Of a stretch of DNA of 64,000 bases, positions 9,455-19,799 are shown piece after piece. This stretch comes from an uncultured Bacteroidales bacterium (lineage in GTDB: Bacteria; Bacteroidota; Bacteroidia; Bacteroidales; UBA7960). Made by a program: the position numbers and the translations under genes. Under the pieces are notes generated by a model. That model did not search any database, was not told the DNA's origin, and worked only from the letters and a program-made list of their open reading frames with translations. Each line of letters opens with the position of its first letter. The first letter of the stretch is position 1. The DNA is taken from contig CAZBGI010000005.1 of assembly GCA_964491395.1 (NCBI GenBank), forward strand, positions 4,676 through 68,675, read 5' to 3'.

Positions 9455-10888
9455 ATGGTTGCATTTATGAACCGAATTGTTTTTTTACTATCGGTATTTC
9501 TGGTTTCTTTTTCTGGAGAAGCCAACGAATTTGAAATTACCATCTCAGGTAATTTTCCCGGAGCTGAAGGACGGGAAATCCGGTTAATGGAATATGGTGA
9601 TCTGATTACTTTTCGTGAAATACCGGTTACTTCTGCTGTCATTGACGACAACGGTGATTTCTCTTTTACTTTCTCACGGTTTGAGGAATCGTATGTTTTT
9701 TTTCGCATTGACTACGCCAAAGCTGGAATTTTTGTGCAACCGGGACAGAAGTACTTTTTGCAATGGGATAGGGTTGATTTTGACCAGCTGGATGATCGCA
9801 TTAACCCACACCTCAACCCCTTGAAATTTACCTTTGAACTTACCGAAGAAGGCTCCAGCCTGAATCAGGATATTAATGAATTTGAGGAGGAATTTTTCAG
9901 CCTTCTTAAAGAAAAATTTGTAACCATTCAGACTTCACGAAATGTGAAGATGTTTAATGACATAAAACTGCATACTGATACCCTTTTTGAAGACGTGGAA
10001 AATCAGTATTTTCGTGACTATTACCGATACACTTATGGTTTCTATACCCAGGTGGCCAACCTGAGCCGTTTTGAAACCCTGGTCCGGGAGTATTTTGTCA
10101 ATCAACCTGTATTGTACAACAATACTCAATACATGGACTTATTTAATACCCTGTTTGATACTTACATATTTGCAGGTAGCAGAAGCATCAGCAACTACGA
10201 TTTGCGTTATACCATCAATGAACTCAATAGTTATCATGCGTTGATGGATTCTTTGGGCAAAGATACCCTACTGCGCAATGAGGTTTTTCGGGAACTTGTT
10301 ATGCTTAAGGGTTTACAGGATATGGAGGGGAACCCTGATTACCGGCCTTCAAATGTTAACGACATTCTCTCGTGGGTGAAGGAAAACAGCAAATTTCCTC
10401 AACATCGGGTTATCGCAGAAAACATCCTTTTTAAGAAAATGCATCTCCGGGAAGGTACTGATCTGCCTGCCTTTGAGTTAATTGATGAGAATACGGGAAC
10501 CCCTGTGAATATACCCGGCGATTATCAGGGGAAATATCTTTATATTGCTTTCTGGGCGAGCTGGTGTGAGAACTGTATGCTTGATTTTATTGCCTTGCAG
10601 CAAATTTACCAGGAACATGAAGAAGATCTGGCCATTGTTACAATCTCTACTGATCGTTACAAAGAAGAACTGAGCAGCTTTTTAGAGCAACAGAATTTTC
10701 CCTGGAGAAGCTTTCATTTTGACAATAACTTCCAGTTGCTGGATACCTACCAGGTGCGAGGCCTGCCTTTATACGTGCTGGCAGACAGGAACGGGAAAGT
10801 ATTGGATTTTCCGGCCCGCAGACCCACAGGCGAACTCAAAACCTTTCTGGAACGGCTTTTACATCAGGAGCGAAACCCACGCAGATAA
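9455..10888 (+). CDS. TlpA-family thiol:disulfide oxidoreductase with large N-terminal domain
   Basis: 477 aa with a signal peptide. C-terminal thioredoxin fold carrying FWASWCENC (CxxC). The N-terminal ~330 aa are unassigned. Confidence 0.7.
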   Translation: MVAFMNRIVFLLSVFLVSFSGEANEFEITISGNFPGAEGREIRLMEYGDLITFREIPVTSAVIDDNGDFSFTFSRFEESYVFFRIDYAKAGIFVQPGQKYFLQWDRVDFDQLDDRINPHLNPLKFTFELTEEGSSLNQDINEFEEEFFSLLKEKFVTIQTSRNVKMFNDIKLHTDTLFEDVENQYFRDYYRYTYGFYTQVANLSRFETLVREYFVNQPVLYNNTQYMDLFNTLFDTYIFAGSRSISNYDLRYTINELNSYHALMDSLGKDTLLRNEVFRELVMLKGLQDMEGNPDYRPSNVNDILSWVKENSKFPQHRVIAENILFKKMHLREGTDLPAFELIDENTGTPVNIPGDYQGKYLYIAFWASWCENCMLDFIALQQIYQEHEEDLAIVTISTDRYKEELSSFLEQQNFPWRSFHFDNNFQLLDTYQVRGLPLYVLADRNGKVLDFPARRPTGELKTFLERLLHQERNPRR

Positions 10889-11496
10889 TGTTTGCTGAAG
10901 AATTCTACCAATGCCCTGATGGAGGGAAATGCTTCTGAAAGTATCTCCTGACTTACAGGCATCTGTACCCATCGTGCTTCTGTTATCCCCTCTTCTCTTT
11001 GTATTTTTAGCGGCTGACTGACAGTAGCATACATATGAAACCATATTGACCTCTTTAAGGCATACCGGGAGGGTGACAGGGGATAAATATGATAGGTATC
11101 CGGCAAATGTCCCACAATTTTCAAGGCTGAAATTCCACATTCCTCCTCAACCTCCCGCAGTGCGGTTTCTTCTGTACTTTCAGCTCCTTCCGGTTTACCC
11201 TTGGGTAAATCCCATTTGTCATTTCTGAAAATGAATAAAATTTCTTTATCTGAGTTCTGTATCAGTCCGCCAGCGGCAATGATTTCTGTAAGGTTTTTTC
11301 TGAAATATTCCAGTATCTTTTCCGGAGTTTCCCCCTCTATCAGCAGGCTTCCGTTTTTCTTGCCTTCTTCAATGTCTTTCAGCACTGAGAAAATCCCTTT
11401 TTTTTTCAATTCTGTAAAAACAATTTTATGCTCAATTTGAGAATGAGAAGCCGGGGAGAGCCTTATTTCCGTGTTGTTATAAAAAATCTGATTCAT
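10864..11496 (-). CDS. NUDIX hydrolase
   Basis: 210 aa. Nudix box GKPEGAESTEETALREVEEECGI. The 3' end overlaps the convergent TlpA-like gene by 25 nt. Confidence 0.85.
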   Translation of the reverse strand: MNQIFYNNTEIRLSPASHSQIEHKIVFTELKKKGIFSVLKDIEEGKKNGSLLIEGETPEKILEYFRKNLTEIIAAGGLIQNSDKEILFIFRNDKWDLPKGKPEGAESTEETALREVEEECGISALKIVGHLPDTYHIYPLSPSRYALKRSIWFHMYATVSQPLKIQREEGITEARWVQMPVSQEILSEAFPSIRALVEFFSKHYLRGFRS

Positions 11497-11948
11497 ATCA
11501 TGTCAGGTTTTGCAGGCTAAATTACTTCATTTTAAATCAAAACAAGAATTATAAAACAGGATTGTGGGCAACATTGCATAGTTTATTGGTCGTTTCTTTC
11601 ATGGTACTGACTAAGGCTAAGTTTTTTACCATGATAAATAAAAAAGAGTATTCTGTCCGGTTCAATGAAAGTCAATAGTCGCAAAACATTTCTCATTTAT
11701 TTGTAGCTTTGGGAAGGCAGGCAGTACAACAGACCAGTCCTGTTCTTTATCATGATAAGCGTGCCAAACAGTAAACAATCGAGAAAAGGGGACCGGATAA
11801 GTGCATAAGACCATTTTACTTTTTCATAAAAAATCCGTAGGTTTGCCGGCAATTGGCTGCACACACAGGGTACTGTGTTATGTTTTGATATTAAGAGGTT
11901 AGGAATTGTTCACGACTTTGTTAATTTCCGGAAGTATAGAAAGAAAAA

Positions 11949-12593
11949 ATGAACTTTATGAATCAGACAGGAACAAAAGAAAAAGTTGCCCAATATTTAC
12001 TTGAGATTCAGGCTGTAAAGCTGAATGTTACAGAACCCTTTACCTGGGCCAGTGGCCTTAAGTCGCCTATTTACTGCGATAATCGCAGGATTCTTTCCTT
12101 TCCCGAGGTTCGGAAAGATATCAGAAAGTCGTTGGCGCAAAAAGTAAGGGAGCATTTTCCCGGGGCAGAAGTCATAGCCGGAGTAGCTACAGGAGCTATC
12201 GCTCATGGAGTGCTGGTGGCTGAAGAACTCAATCTGCCTTTTGTATACGTGCGCAGTTCACAGAAAGAGCATGGACTGGGCAATCAGATAGAAGGACATC
12301 TGCCGGAAGGAAAAAAAGTGGTGGTAATTGAAGATTTGGTTTCAACAGGCCAAAGTAGTCTTGCAGCCGTAGATGCACTCATCAATGCCAGGGTAGAGGT
12401 GTTGGGAATGATAGCCATCTTTACTTACGGACTGGACAGTGCCAGGCAAAACATGGAATCGGCCAAATGTACACTTTATACCCTTACTGATTTTAACACT
12501 CTGATACAACAGGCTGTAAATATGGGCGTTATGCATCATAGCAGCCTGGAGTCTCTTGAGCAATGGCGAGAGAATCCCAAAGCGTGGAAATAA
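11949..12593 (+). CDS. pyrE: Orotate phosphoribosyltransferase
   Basis: 214 aa. PRPP-binding loop KKVVVIEDLVSTGQS, and an N-terminus typical of PyrE (FTWASGLKSPIYCDNR). Confidence 0.92.
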   Translation: MNFMNQTGTKEKVAQYLLEIQAVKLNVTEPFTWASGLKSPIYCDNRRILSFPEVRKDIRKSLAQKVREHFPGAEVIAGVATGAIAHGVLVAEELNLPFVYVRSSQKEHGLGNQIEGHLPEGKKVVVIEDLVSTGQSSLAAVDALINARVEVLGMIAIFTYGLDSARQNMESAKCTLYTLTDFNTLIQQAVNMGVMHHSSLESLEQWRENPKAWK

Positions 12594-12806
12594 AGGTAAA
12601 AAAACCGGGTTATGATAATACTATTGATGCATAAGCGGATAACCCTAATCTGGTTGCAAGTTGAAACATCCAATACAGATAGTGTTTTCTGCTTGTCCCA
12701 TTGAAAAAGCAGGGAAGGTTATCAAACCCTTGAAAGACAAATTGAGAAATGTGAATCTTCCGGCTGGAAGAAAATTCTTACTGAAAATCCCGATAACCCT
12801 TATACT

Positions 12807-13208
12807 ATGACAGAATTTATGAGTGAAAGAGTGAAGCTAAATGCTTCCTCCGGCGATGTTTTTACCTTCATGGGCGATTTTACCAATTTTGGGAAACTCA
12901 TGCCTGAACAGATTAAAAACTGGAAAGCAGATACTGACAGTTGTTCTTTTACCATTGAAGGTATGGCTGATTTAAATATGCGAATAGCATCAAGAACACC
13001 TGATAAGAATATCCATATTGTTGCCGATGGCAAAAACCCGATAGATTATACCCTGGATGTTTTTTTCTTTCCCGTGGACTCAGAAACCTGCCAGGCTGAG
13101 ATCGTTTTCAATGCAGAACTGAATCCTTTCATTAAGGCCGTTGCTTCCAGGCCCCTGCAGAATTTTGTAAATATGCTGGCTCAGAAATTACAACAGCATT
13201 TTGCCTGA
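12807..13208 (+). CDS. SRPBCC-family (START/Bet v1-like) small protein
   Basis: 133 aa. The size and the alternating beta/helix pattern resemble SRPBCC proteins. Recognition is weak. Confidence 0.45.
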   Translation: MTEFMSERVKLNASSGDVFTFMGDFTNFGKLMPEQIKNWKADTDSCSFTIEGMADLNMRIASRTPDKNIHIVADGKNPIDYTLDVFFFPVDSETCQAEIVFNAELNPFIKAVASRPLQNFVNMLAQKLQQHFA

Positions 13209-13213
13209 CGTTT

Positions 13214-13972
13214 TTATAGCACAAAGGCTACCTCCTTGAAGTCAAATACCCTGGATGTGCCTTGGTTGTTTTCAATGATGAGCCTGCCCCAGGCATCGGT
13301 GCCTGTAATTATACCTTCAAAGAGTTCTTCTCCGGCAGCAAATGTTGATGGAACTCCTTTGCGAAAAAGTGCATCATGGTAGGTGTTTAGCAACAAATCA
13401 GTTTTTCCGGCCCGAAGTATATCATACCAATGATTGATTTTGGCAGAAAGAACTTCTATGATGGTATCAACCGAATACTGCATTCCGGTTAACCGGCTTA
13501 ATGATACAGGATTGGGAGCATCAGATACAAAGGTCGTTTGGTTGACGTTTAATCCTATACCACATATCGCCGTTTTTATAGTATCCCCCATGATGCTGTT
13601 CTCCACCAGTATGCCCGCAATCTTGTTGTTGTTTACATAGATATCGTTAGGCCATTTGATGCTTGCAGATAAGTCCTGTCCAAGGAAATGGTCTACAGTG
13701 TCTTTTACAGCCATTGAGAGCATCTGGGTCAACCTGAACTGGTGTTGAGGTGGCAGAAACACAGGTTTTAATATCCACGATGCCGTAACATTTTTTCCCT
13801 TTTCGCTTTCCCATTTATTGGATGCATACCCTCTGCCCGCGGATTGATAAATGGCCTTGACCACTGTCCCTTCCTTGATATCTTTTTCTTTCAGCAGCTC
13901 CTTTGCCTTGTTGTTGGTTGATGCCAGTTGCTTATATTCCAGTATGGGATAGGTTGTGTTGAATGAGGGCAT
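13214..13972 (-). CDS. birA: Biotin-[acetyl-CoA-carboxylase] ligase (group I, no HTH domain)
   Basis: 252 aa. GRGYASNKWES (GRGRxGRxW-type motif), KWPNDIYV, KIAGILVE. Confidence 0.85.
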   Translation of the reverse strand: MPSFNTTYPILEYKQLASTNNKAKELLKEKDIKEGTVVKAIYQSAGRGYASNKWESEKGKNVTASWILKPVFLPPQHQFRLTQMLSMAVKDTVDHFLGQDLSASIKWPNDIYVNNNKIAGILVENSIMGDTIKTAICGIGLNVNQTTFVSDAPNPVSLSRLTGMQYSVDTIIEVLSAKINHWYDILRAGKTDLLLNTYHDALFRKGVPSTFAAGEELFEGIITGTDAWGRLIIENNQGTSRVFDFKEVAFVL

Positions 13973-14234
13973 ATTGATAAGATTTTGGGATTATAATGAA
14001 TCACTGTCTTTCTGCCGGCTGTAAGCCTTTGGTTTGCCTGAAAGCTTTTCAATGAACAATATTTTTTGTTTGTAAAGGTTCTGATTAAATAGGGATGCTG
14101 ATACAGATGAAAAAACATTTTGCTGTTCGAGGTGTTTTAAGAATGGCTGAAACGGATGCCGATGGTACCTTTAAAAAAACAAAAGAACTGCTGTCACGAC
14201 CAGGTTGATAACATTGATTCTCATTAAAATTAGT

Positions 14235-14242
14235 TACTTTTG
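14235..14242 (+). promoter_or_regulatory. Bacteroidota-type -7 promoter box TAnnTTTG (TACTTTTG)
   Basis: Exact consensus match, 184 nt upstream of the rsfS ATG. It is the only such box in the birA/rsfS divergent gap. Confidence 0.35.
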
Positions 14243-14425
14243 TAGCTTGCAAAGGTCTGTATTTTCAGAACGTAAAAAAAACTGATGCAAATAAAAAAAT
14301 CATTCGAATAAAATTATTATACGTAATGGGTTAAATGGAACTTGCATGGTCGATTATTTTTATCCATGTTTGAGTACGCAGTACTCATGAAAGTTTTACT
14401 AAAGTAGGAACAATTAAAATTATAC

Positions 14426-14800
14426 ATGATAAAAGAAAAAGTAACTGATTTAACAGAAGTTCTTGTAGAGGAAGTAATAAAAGGAATACAGGAAAAGAAG
14501 GGGAAAGAAATAACCTGCATGGATTTGGGAAGCATCAAAAGTACAGTATGTGATTATTTTGTTGTTTGTCATGGCACCAGTAATACGCATGTGAGTGCCA
14601 TTGCCGACTCGGTAGAAGAACAGGTAAACAAACACATGGGAGTAAAGCCTGGCAGGAGAGAAGGATACATGAATGCTGAATGGATTTTGCTCGATTACCT
14701 GGATGTGGTAGTACATATTTTCCAGCAGGAGATACGAGAACATTACAATATTGAAGATCTCTGGGCCGATGCCAGGGTACAGAGAATCGAAGATGAATAA
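14426..14800 (+). CDS. rsfS: Ribosome silencing factor
   Basis: 124 aa. DYFVVCHGTSNTHVSAIADSV and WILLDYLDVVVHIF are hallmark RsfS/Iojap segments. Confidence 0.88.
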   Translation: MIKEKVTDLTEVLVEEVIKGIQEKKGKEITCMDLGSIKSTVCDYFVVCHGTSNTHVSAIADSVEEQVNKHMGVKPGRREGYMNAEWILLDYLDVVVHIFQQEIREHYNIEDLWADARVQRIEDE

Positions 14801-14838
14801 ATATTTTAACAGGATATATTTTATTAGTTAACTTTATA

Positions 14839-16983
14839 ATGAACAAAGACAATTATATTTTGAAAGCAACTGGCCCGGATAACAACTCCCCCAAAGGGTC
14901 AGGTTCGCAGGGAGGTTCTTCGCCCAGTAACAAGAAGAAACCTTCATCGGGTGGTGGCCCTGGAAAAGGGAAAACTCCTCCTTTTAACTTTTACTGGATC
15001 TATGGGATCCTGGCGGCTTTATTTATCGCTCTTCAGTTTTATAACTGGGGAGGTACAGCAGTGGAGATTTCTCAGCAACGATTTGAAAATCAGTTGTTGG
15101 GAAGTGGTGATCTTGAAAAAATTGTGGTGGTTAACCGCGAACTGGTAGAAGTGTTTATCCGTGAAGATCAGATAGATAGCTACGAAGATCTTCAGGAGCA
15201 AGGATTTACCGAAGGGCCTCATTTTACTTTTAAAATCGGGTCGGTAGATAATTTTGTGGAGAAAGTAGATGACGCCCAGAGCGAAATTCCGGCGGATAAT
15301 CGGGTACCCATTTTTTATGAACAACGCAAAGACTGGGGAAGCGATATTTTGAGCTGGTTGCTCCCCATTGGTCTGCTGATCGTATTCTGGATATTTATCA
15401 TGCGCCGCATGGCCGGAGGGGCCGGCGGAGGACAGATTTTCAACATCGGAAAATCAAAGGCTCAAGTGTACGATAAAGATACCCGCGTAAATGTGAATTT
15501 TAACCATGTTGCCGGATTGGATGAGGCCAAAATAGAACTCATGGAAATCGTAGATTTCCTGAAAAATCCTGGTAAATATACCGATTTGGGAGGTCAGATA
15601 CCCAAAGGAGCTTTGCTGGTGGGCCCTCCCGGTACGGGAAAAACCCTCCTTGCCAAAGCTGTGGCTGGAGAAGCTCAGGTACCTTTCTTCTCTCTCAGTG
15701 GATCCGATTTTGTGGAGATGTTTGTAGGAGTGGGAGCTTCCAGAGTCAGAGACCTTTTTAAACAAGCAAAAGAAAAAGCTCCTTGTATTATCTTTATCGA
15801 TGAAATTGATGCCATCGGCCGGGCACGCGGTAAAAATGCCATGACCGGAGCCAATGATGAACGGGAAAATACCCTCAACCAACTGCTTACCGAGATGGAT
15901 GGTTTTGGAACCAATGTGGGGGTTATTATCCTGGCTGCCACCAACAGGGCCGATATTCTCGACAGGGCTCTCCTGCGTGCCGGTAGGTTTGACCGTCAAA
16001 TCCAGGTAGAAATGCCAGATCTGGAAGAACGCAAAGCCATTTTTAAAGTCCATATGAAACCTATTAAACTGGGCGAGGGAGTGGAGCCTGATTTTATGGC
16101 CCGGCAAACTCCCGGTTTTTCCGGCGCAGATATCGCCAATGTGTGTAATGAAGCAGCTTTGATTGCCGCAAGACGCAATAAGAAAGCGGTTGATAAGCAG
16201 GACTTTATGGATGCAGTGGACCGCATTATCGGCGGGTTAGAAAAAAGAAATAAAATCATCTCTCCCCACGAAAAGAAAGTAGTTGCTTATCATGAATCTG
16301 GCCATGCAGCCACAAGCTGGTTGCTGGAGCATGCTCATCCTTTGGTGAAAGTTACCATCGTTCCCAGGGGAAAAGCCCTTGGAGCAGCTTGGTATCTCCC
16401 GGAAGAGAGGCAGCTCACTACTTTTGAACAGATGTTTGACGAAATCACTTCTGCTCTGGGAGGTAGGGCTGCAGAACGGCTGGTGTTTGACAAAATTTCA
16501 ACCGGTGCGCTTAATGACCTGGAAAAAGTTACGAAACAGGCTTACGCCATGGTAGCATATTTTGGCCTCAACAATAAACTGGGCAATATCAGTTATTATG
16601 ATTCTACAGGGCAGAGTGAATACTCATTCCATAAGCCTTATTCGGAAAAGACAGCAGAATTAATTGATATAGAAGTTAAGAATATTATTGATGAAGCCTA
16701 CCAGCGTTCTTTGAATATTCTCACCGAAAACCGCGATAAACTTGATGAGCTGGCAAATCTGCTACTGGAGAAAGAGGTAATCTTCCGTGAAGACCTGGAA
16801 AGAATATTTGGGAAACGACCTTTCGGTGAACACGAAACTTTCCCGGCAGGTCCGGAATCGGAGGTAGAAGGTATCAAAGACCATAAAGTACAAAACAACA
16901 ATGGTTCGGGTTCGATACAAGAAGAAGACAACCATGAAGTCAAATCAACAGAGGATGGCAAAGCCGATAATATAACTCCGTAA
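14839..16983 (+). CDS. ftsH: ATP-dependent zinc metalloprotease FtsH
   Basis: 714 aa. Walker A GPPGTGKT, second region of homology, and zinc motif HESGHA. It has Gly/Ser/Lys-rich N-terminal and acidic C-terminal extensions. Confidence 0.97.
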   Translation: MNKDNYILKATGPDNNSPKGSGSQGGSSPSNKKKPSSGGGPGKGKTPPFNFYWIYGILAALFIALQFYNWGGTAVEISQQRFENQLLGSGDLEKIVVVNRELVEVFIREDQIDSYEDLQEQGFTEGPHFTFKIGSVDNFVEKVDDAQSEIPADNRVPIFYEQRKDWGSDILSWLLPIGLLIVFWIFIMRRMAGGAGGGQIFNIGKSKAQVYDKDTRVNVNFNHVAGLDEAKIELMEIVDFLKNPGKYTDLGGQIPKGALLVGPPGTGKTLLAKAVAGEAQVPFFSLSGSDFVEMFVGVGASRVRDLFKQAKEKAPCIIFIDEIDAIGRARGKNAMTGANDERENTLNQLLTEMDGFGTNVGVIILAATNRADILDRALLRAGRFDRQIQVEMPDLEERKAIFKVHMKPIKLGEGVEPDFMARQTPGFSGADIANVCNEAALIAARRNKKAVDKQDFMDAVDRIIGGLEKRNKIISPHEKKVVAYHESGHAATSWLLEHAHPLVKVTIVPRGKALGAAWYLPEERQLTTFEQMFDEITSALGGRAAERLVFDKISTGALNDLEKVTKQAYAMVAYFGLNNKLGNISYYDSTGQSEYSFHKPYSEKTAELIDIEVKNIIDEAYQRSLNILTENRDKLDELANLLLEKEVIFREDLERIFGKRPFGEHETFPAGPESEVEGIKDHKVQNNNGSGSIQEEDNHEVKSTEDGKADNITP

Positions 16984-16998
16984 ACCTGAATTACAGCA

Positions 16999-17667
16999 AT
17001 GAAGGAAAGTACTGCCAGGGAAAAGGTGCTGAAGGCGGTCAGGGATGCTCTTGTTAACCCGATGGAGCCTCCCTGCCATGACGAAGACTTTGCCGATAAC
17101 ATATATGCCAGGGCACAGTCGGAGTATGAGGAAGTAACTTTTGCCGAAGCTCTGGCAAAGGTTGGAGGTCAGTTTGTATATTGCAGCAATCATGAAGAAT
17201 TTGCTGCGAATATTAAAGAATTCATTGCAGGTCAAAATAAGGGGGAGTTACATTGTTTGGAGGAATCTTTGCAACAAATGCTCAATAGCAATGGGATTTT
17301 TTGTTTTAATGCCCGCGAAGAATACAAAAACTGTCAAATAGGAATTAGTACATGCGAATTTCTGGTGGCGCGTCTGGGCTCCATCATGGTAAGCAGTCGC
17401 CAGGGATGCGGCCGGAAAGGATTTTTCTGGCCCCCTCTTCATATTGTAGTGGCCTGGAAAGGGCAGCTGGTGTATGACCTTAAGGATGCTTTTGCTGCTA
17501 TCAGGAATAAGTACAGCCAGGCACCTTTACCTTCGATGATGACCATGATAACAGGCCCGAGTCGTACCGCCGATATTGAGAAAACCCTGGTAATGGGAGC
17601 GCACGGTCCGGCAAGACTGATTGTATTTTTTATTGACCAACTCAAAGAGGATGCTTTTGAAGCATAA
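16999..17667 (+). CDS. LUD-domain protein (LutC/YkgG family)
   Basis: 222 aa. ITGPSRTADIEKTLVMGAHGPARL is the conserved LutC/YkgG C-terminal motif. Confidence 0.7.
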   Translation: MKESTAREKVLKAVRDALVNPMEPPCHDEDFADNIYARAQSEYEEVTFAEALAKVGGQFVYCSNHEEFAANIKEFIAGQNKGELHCLEESLQQMLNSNGIFCFNAREEYKNCQIGISTCEFLVARLGSIMVSSRQGCGRKGFFWPPLHIVVAWKGQLVYDLKDAFAAIRNKYSQAPLPSMMTMITGPSRTADIEKTLVMGAHGPARLIVFFIDQLKEDAFEA

Positions 17668-17750
17668 AAATGATTTTTCAAACGGTGCTCCATCTTTGTA
17701 GGAACGGAAATTTGTTTGGAGATTAAAAAAAATATCCCATCTTTGCTGAT

Positions 17751-17957
17751 ATGAATATGGACTGGCAATGTATTTATTCAACCCAATACGACCATATTGC
17801 AGAAATTGTAAAGGCTGTAATGGAAGAGAACAACATCAAATGTTTTTCTCTGAGCAAAAAAGATTCGGCCTATCTTTTCGGAGAAATTGAATTGTATGTT
17901 GAACCCGATGATGTTTTAAAGGCAAAACAGATCATAAAGAAAGAAAATTTTGAGTAA
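17751..17957 (+). CDS. DUF2007-like small protein (putative signal-transducing protein family)
   Basis: 68 aa. Overlaps the cdsA start by 8 nt. The size and the AEIVKAVMEENNI pattern resemble DUF2007. Confidence 0.5.
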   Translation: MNMDWQCIYSTQYDHIAEIVKAVMEENNIKCFSLSKKDSAYLFGEIELYVEPDDVLKAKQIIKKENFE

Positions 17958-18771
17958 TCTTGCAACACGCACCCTTACCGGAATCGCTATTGTTTTACTT
18001 GTTATCTTTTCGGTTATCCTTGGCAGGTATGTATTTGCTTCCTTTTTTCTGTTTGTAACGGTGCTGGGTTTATGGGAGTTTTATACCATGCTGGAAAAAG
18101 CAGAAATTCATCCCAACAAAATTCTGGGCGTTGTGGCCGGTGCGGTTTTGTTTGTTTCGAATGCTCTGGTAGCGCTTGAGCTTGCTCCTTTGGATGTATT
18201 GCTTTTTAACTTTCTGCTTATCTTTTTTGTTTTCTTGTTTGAACTTTATCGAAACTATCCCAATCCCTTTACCAATGTAGCTTTTACTTTCTTTGGATTA
18301 TTATATATTGCGGTGCCCTTTGCCCTGCTGAATTATTTGCCAAACCCGGGTTTTGAATCAGGAATCTATCATCATAATATCGTACTTGGATTTTTCTTTT
18401 TGATATGGGTGAATGAGTCGGGAGCCTACCTGGTAGGATCAAGTATGGGCAAGCACAAACTTTTTGAAAGGATTTCTCCCAAAAAAACATGGGAAGGAAC
18501 ATCGGGCGGAGGTATTTTGTGTGTGGTCACAGCTGCAGTTATCAGCCTTTATTTTACCGAATTGTCAAGGCTTAACTGGATGGTAATGGGAGTTCTGGTA
18601 GTCATATTCAGTACATATGGCGATCTGTTTGAGTCGATGTTTAAAAGGAGTATCAAAGCCAAAGATAGTGGCAGAATCCTTCCCGGCCACGGAGGTATTC
18701 TTGACCGGTTTGATGGTGTAATTATGGCTATCCCTTTTATTTTTGTATACCTTTTGTGGGTTTCGATTTAA
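17950..18771 (+). CDS. cdsA: Phosphatidate cytidylyltransferase
   Basis: 273 aa with a TTG start. Multi-TM protein with the C-terminal signature SMFKRSIKAKDSGRILPGHGGILDRFD. Confidence 0.92.
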   Translation: MSNLATRTLTGIAIVLLVIFSVILGRYVFASFFLFVTVLGLWEFYTMLEKAEIHPNKILGVVAGAVLFVSNALVALELAPLDVLLFNFLLIFFVFLFELYRNYPNPFTNVAFTFFGLLYIAVPFALLNYLPNPGFESGIYHHNIVLGFFFLIWVNESGAYLVGSSMGKHKLFERISPKKTWEGTSGGGILCVVTAAVISLYFTELSRLNWMVMGVLVVIFSTYGDLFESMFKRSIKAKDSGRILPGHGGILDRFDGVIMAIPFIFVYLLWVSI

Positions 18772-19126
18772 AGACTGTATCGTTTAAACACCCTCGAGGA
18801 TGAGCAAAAAGAAGGTTTCATCTGACCCAATGAATCAAATATTAAACAGATGAAAAATGAAACCTTACGCTGCTCCTTTAGATGAATTGATGGTGGCTAA
18901 AACAAAAAGCACTGCGAAGAAACAACAGGAAATAAAAGCACTCTGTTATTGACAACCCAAGGCAGAAAACAAGCTTGAGACGGAAATTTTAAGGTTTCTG
19001 ATTTGCTGGTTATCAAGGGTGCTTTTCATGTAAATTGCTCCTAATCAACTTTTTCAGGTTCCGGTTTGTGGACAATTGACTTTTTTAGCATGGTCTAAGT
19101 ACTTAAAATTTAAAATATCAATAAAA

Positions 19127-19786
19127 ATGAAAATACATAAGGAAGGCTATACCAGCCTGTTTTTCACCCTGTTGTTTGTTGCGGGTCTTTCATTGCTGAT
19201 CAGTATTGTTTGGCCTGTTCAAACCATTTGGCACAAGATAGCTTTTGGGGTTTTGGGATTGATTTTCCTGGTTATTCTGCAGTTTTTCCGTTCCCCCTTA
19301 AGACGGGTTAAACTGAATGAAGAACATGTTATTTGTCCTGCAGATGGAAAAGTTGTGGTAATTGAAAAGACATTTGAGGAGGAATACCTCAAGGAAGACA
19401 GGATTCAGATTTCCATTTTTATGTCTCCTGTAAATGTTCACGTAAACCGATATCCCATCGGGGGAATCGTAAAGTATTTCAAGTACCATCCCGGGAAATA
19501 CCTGGTAGCCTGGCATCCCAAATCTTCCCTCGATAATGAAAGAACTACCCTGGTTTTAGAACACAAGACCAAAGGGCTCGTTTTGGTTCGTCAGATAGCC
19601 GGAGCATTGGCAAGACGAATTGTTTGCTATGGAAAAGAGGGAGATGAAGTTGTACAAGGTTCCGAAATGGGGTTTATTAAGTTTGGTTCCAGGGTAGATG
19701 TTTTTCTTCCGTTGGATGCAAAGGTAAATGTGAATATTGGCGATAAGGTGACAGGAGGACAAACAGTGCTGGCTGATTTGCCTTAA
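19127..19786 (+). CDS. psd: Phosphatidylserine decarboxylase proenzyme
   Basis: The ORF track starts at 19076. I prefer the ATG at 19127 (MKIHKEGY...). Self-cleavage site FGSRVDVF (G-S), two N-terminal TM helices. Confidence 0.88.
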   Translation: MKIHKEGYTSLFFTLLFVAGLSLLISIVWPVQTIWHKIAFGVLGLIFLVILQFFRSPLRRVKLNEEHVICPADGKVVVIEKTFEEEYLKEDRIQISIFMSPVNVHVNRYPIGGIVKYFKYHPGKYLVAWHPKSSLDNERTTLVLEHKTKGLVLVRQIAGALARRIVCYGKEGDEVVQGSEMGFIKFGSRVDVFLPLDAKVNVNIGDKVTGGQTVLADLP

Positions 19787-19799
19787 CTGATGCGTCAGT

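Noticed and set aside
9289-9708. 139-aa minus-strand ORF spanning the coaD/TlpA-like gap
   Set aside because: It overlaps the signal-peptide-encoding start of the TlpA-like gene on the other strand. It is low-complexity and has no motif.
10864-10888. 25-nt overlap of convergent 3' ends (TlpA-like vs NUDIX)
   Set aside because: The overlap is real in the sequence, but short convergent overlaps are common in compact genomes. There is no sign of a functional antisense element.
15454-16107. 217-aa minus-strand ORF (plus 15675..15944 and 15996..16259)
   Set aside because: They are antisense to the unmistakable FtsH AAA+ core. They are shadow ORFs.
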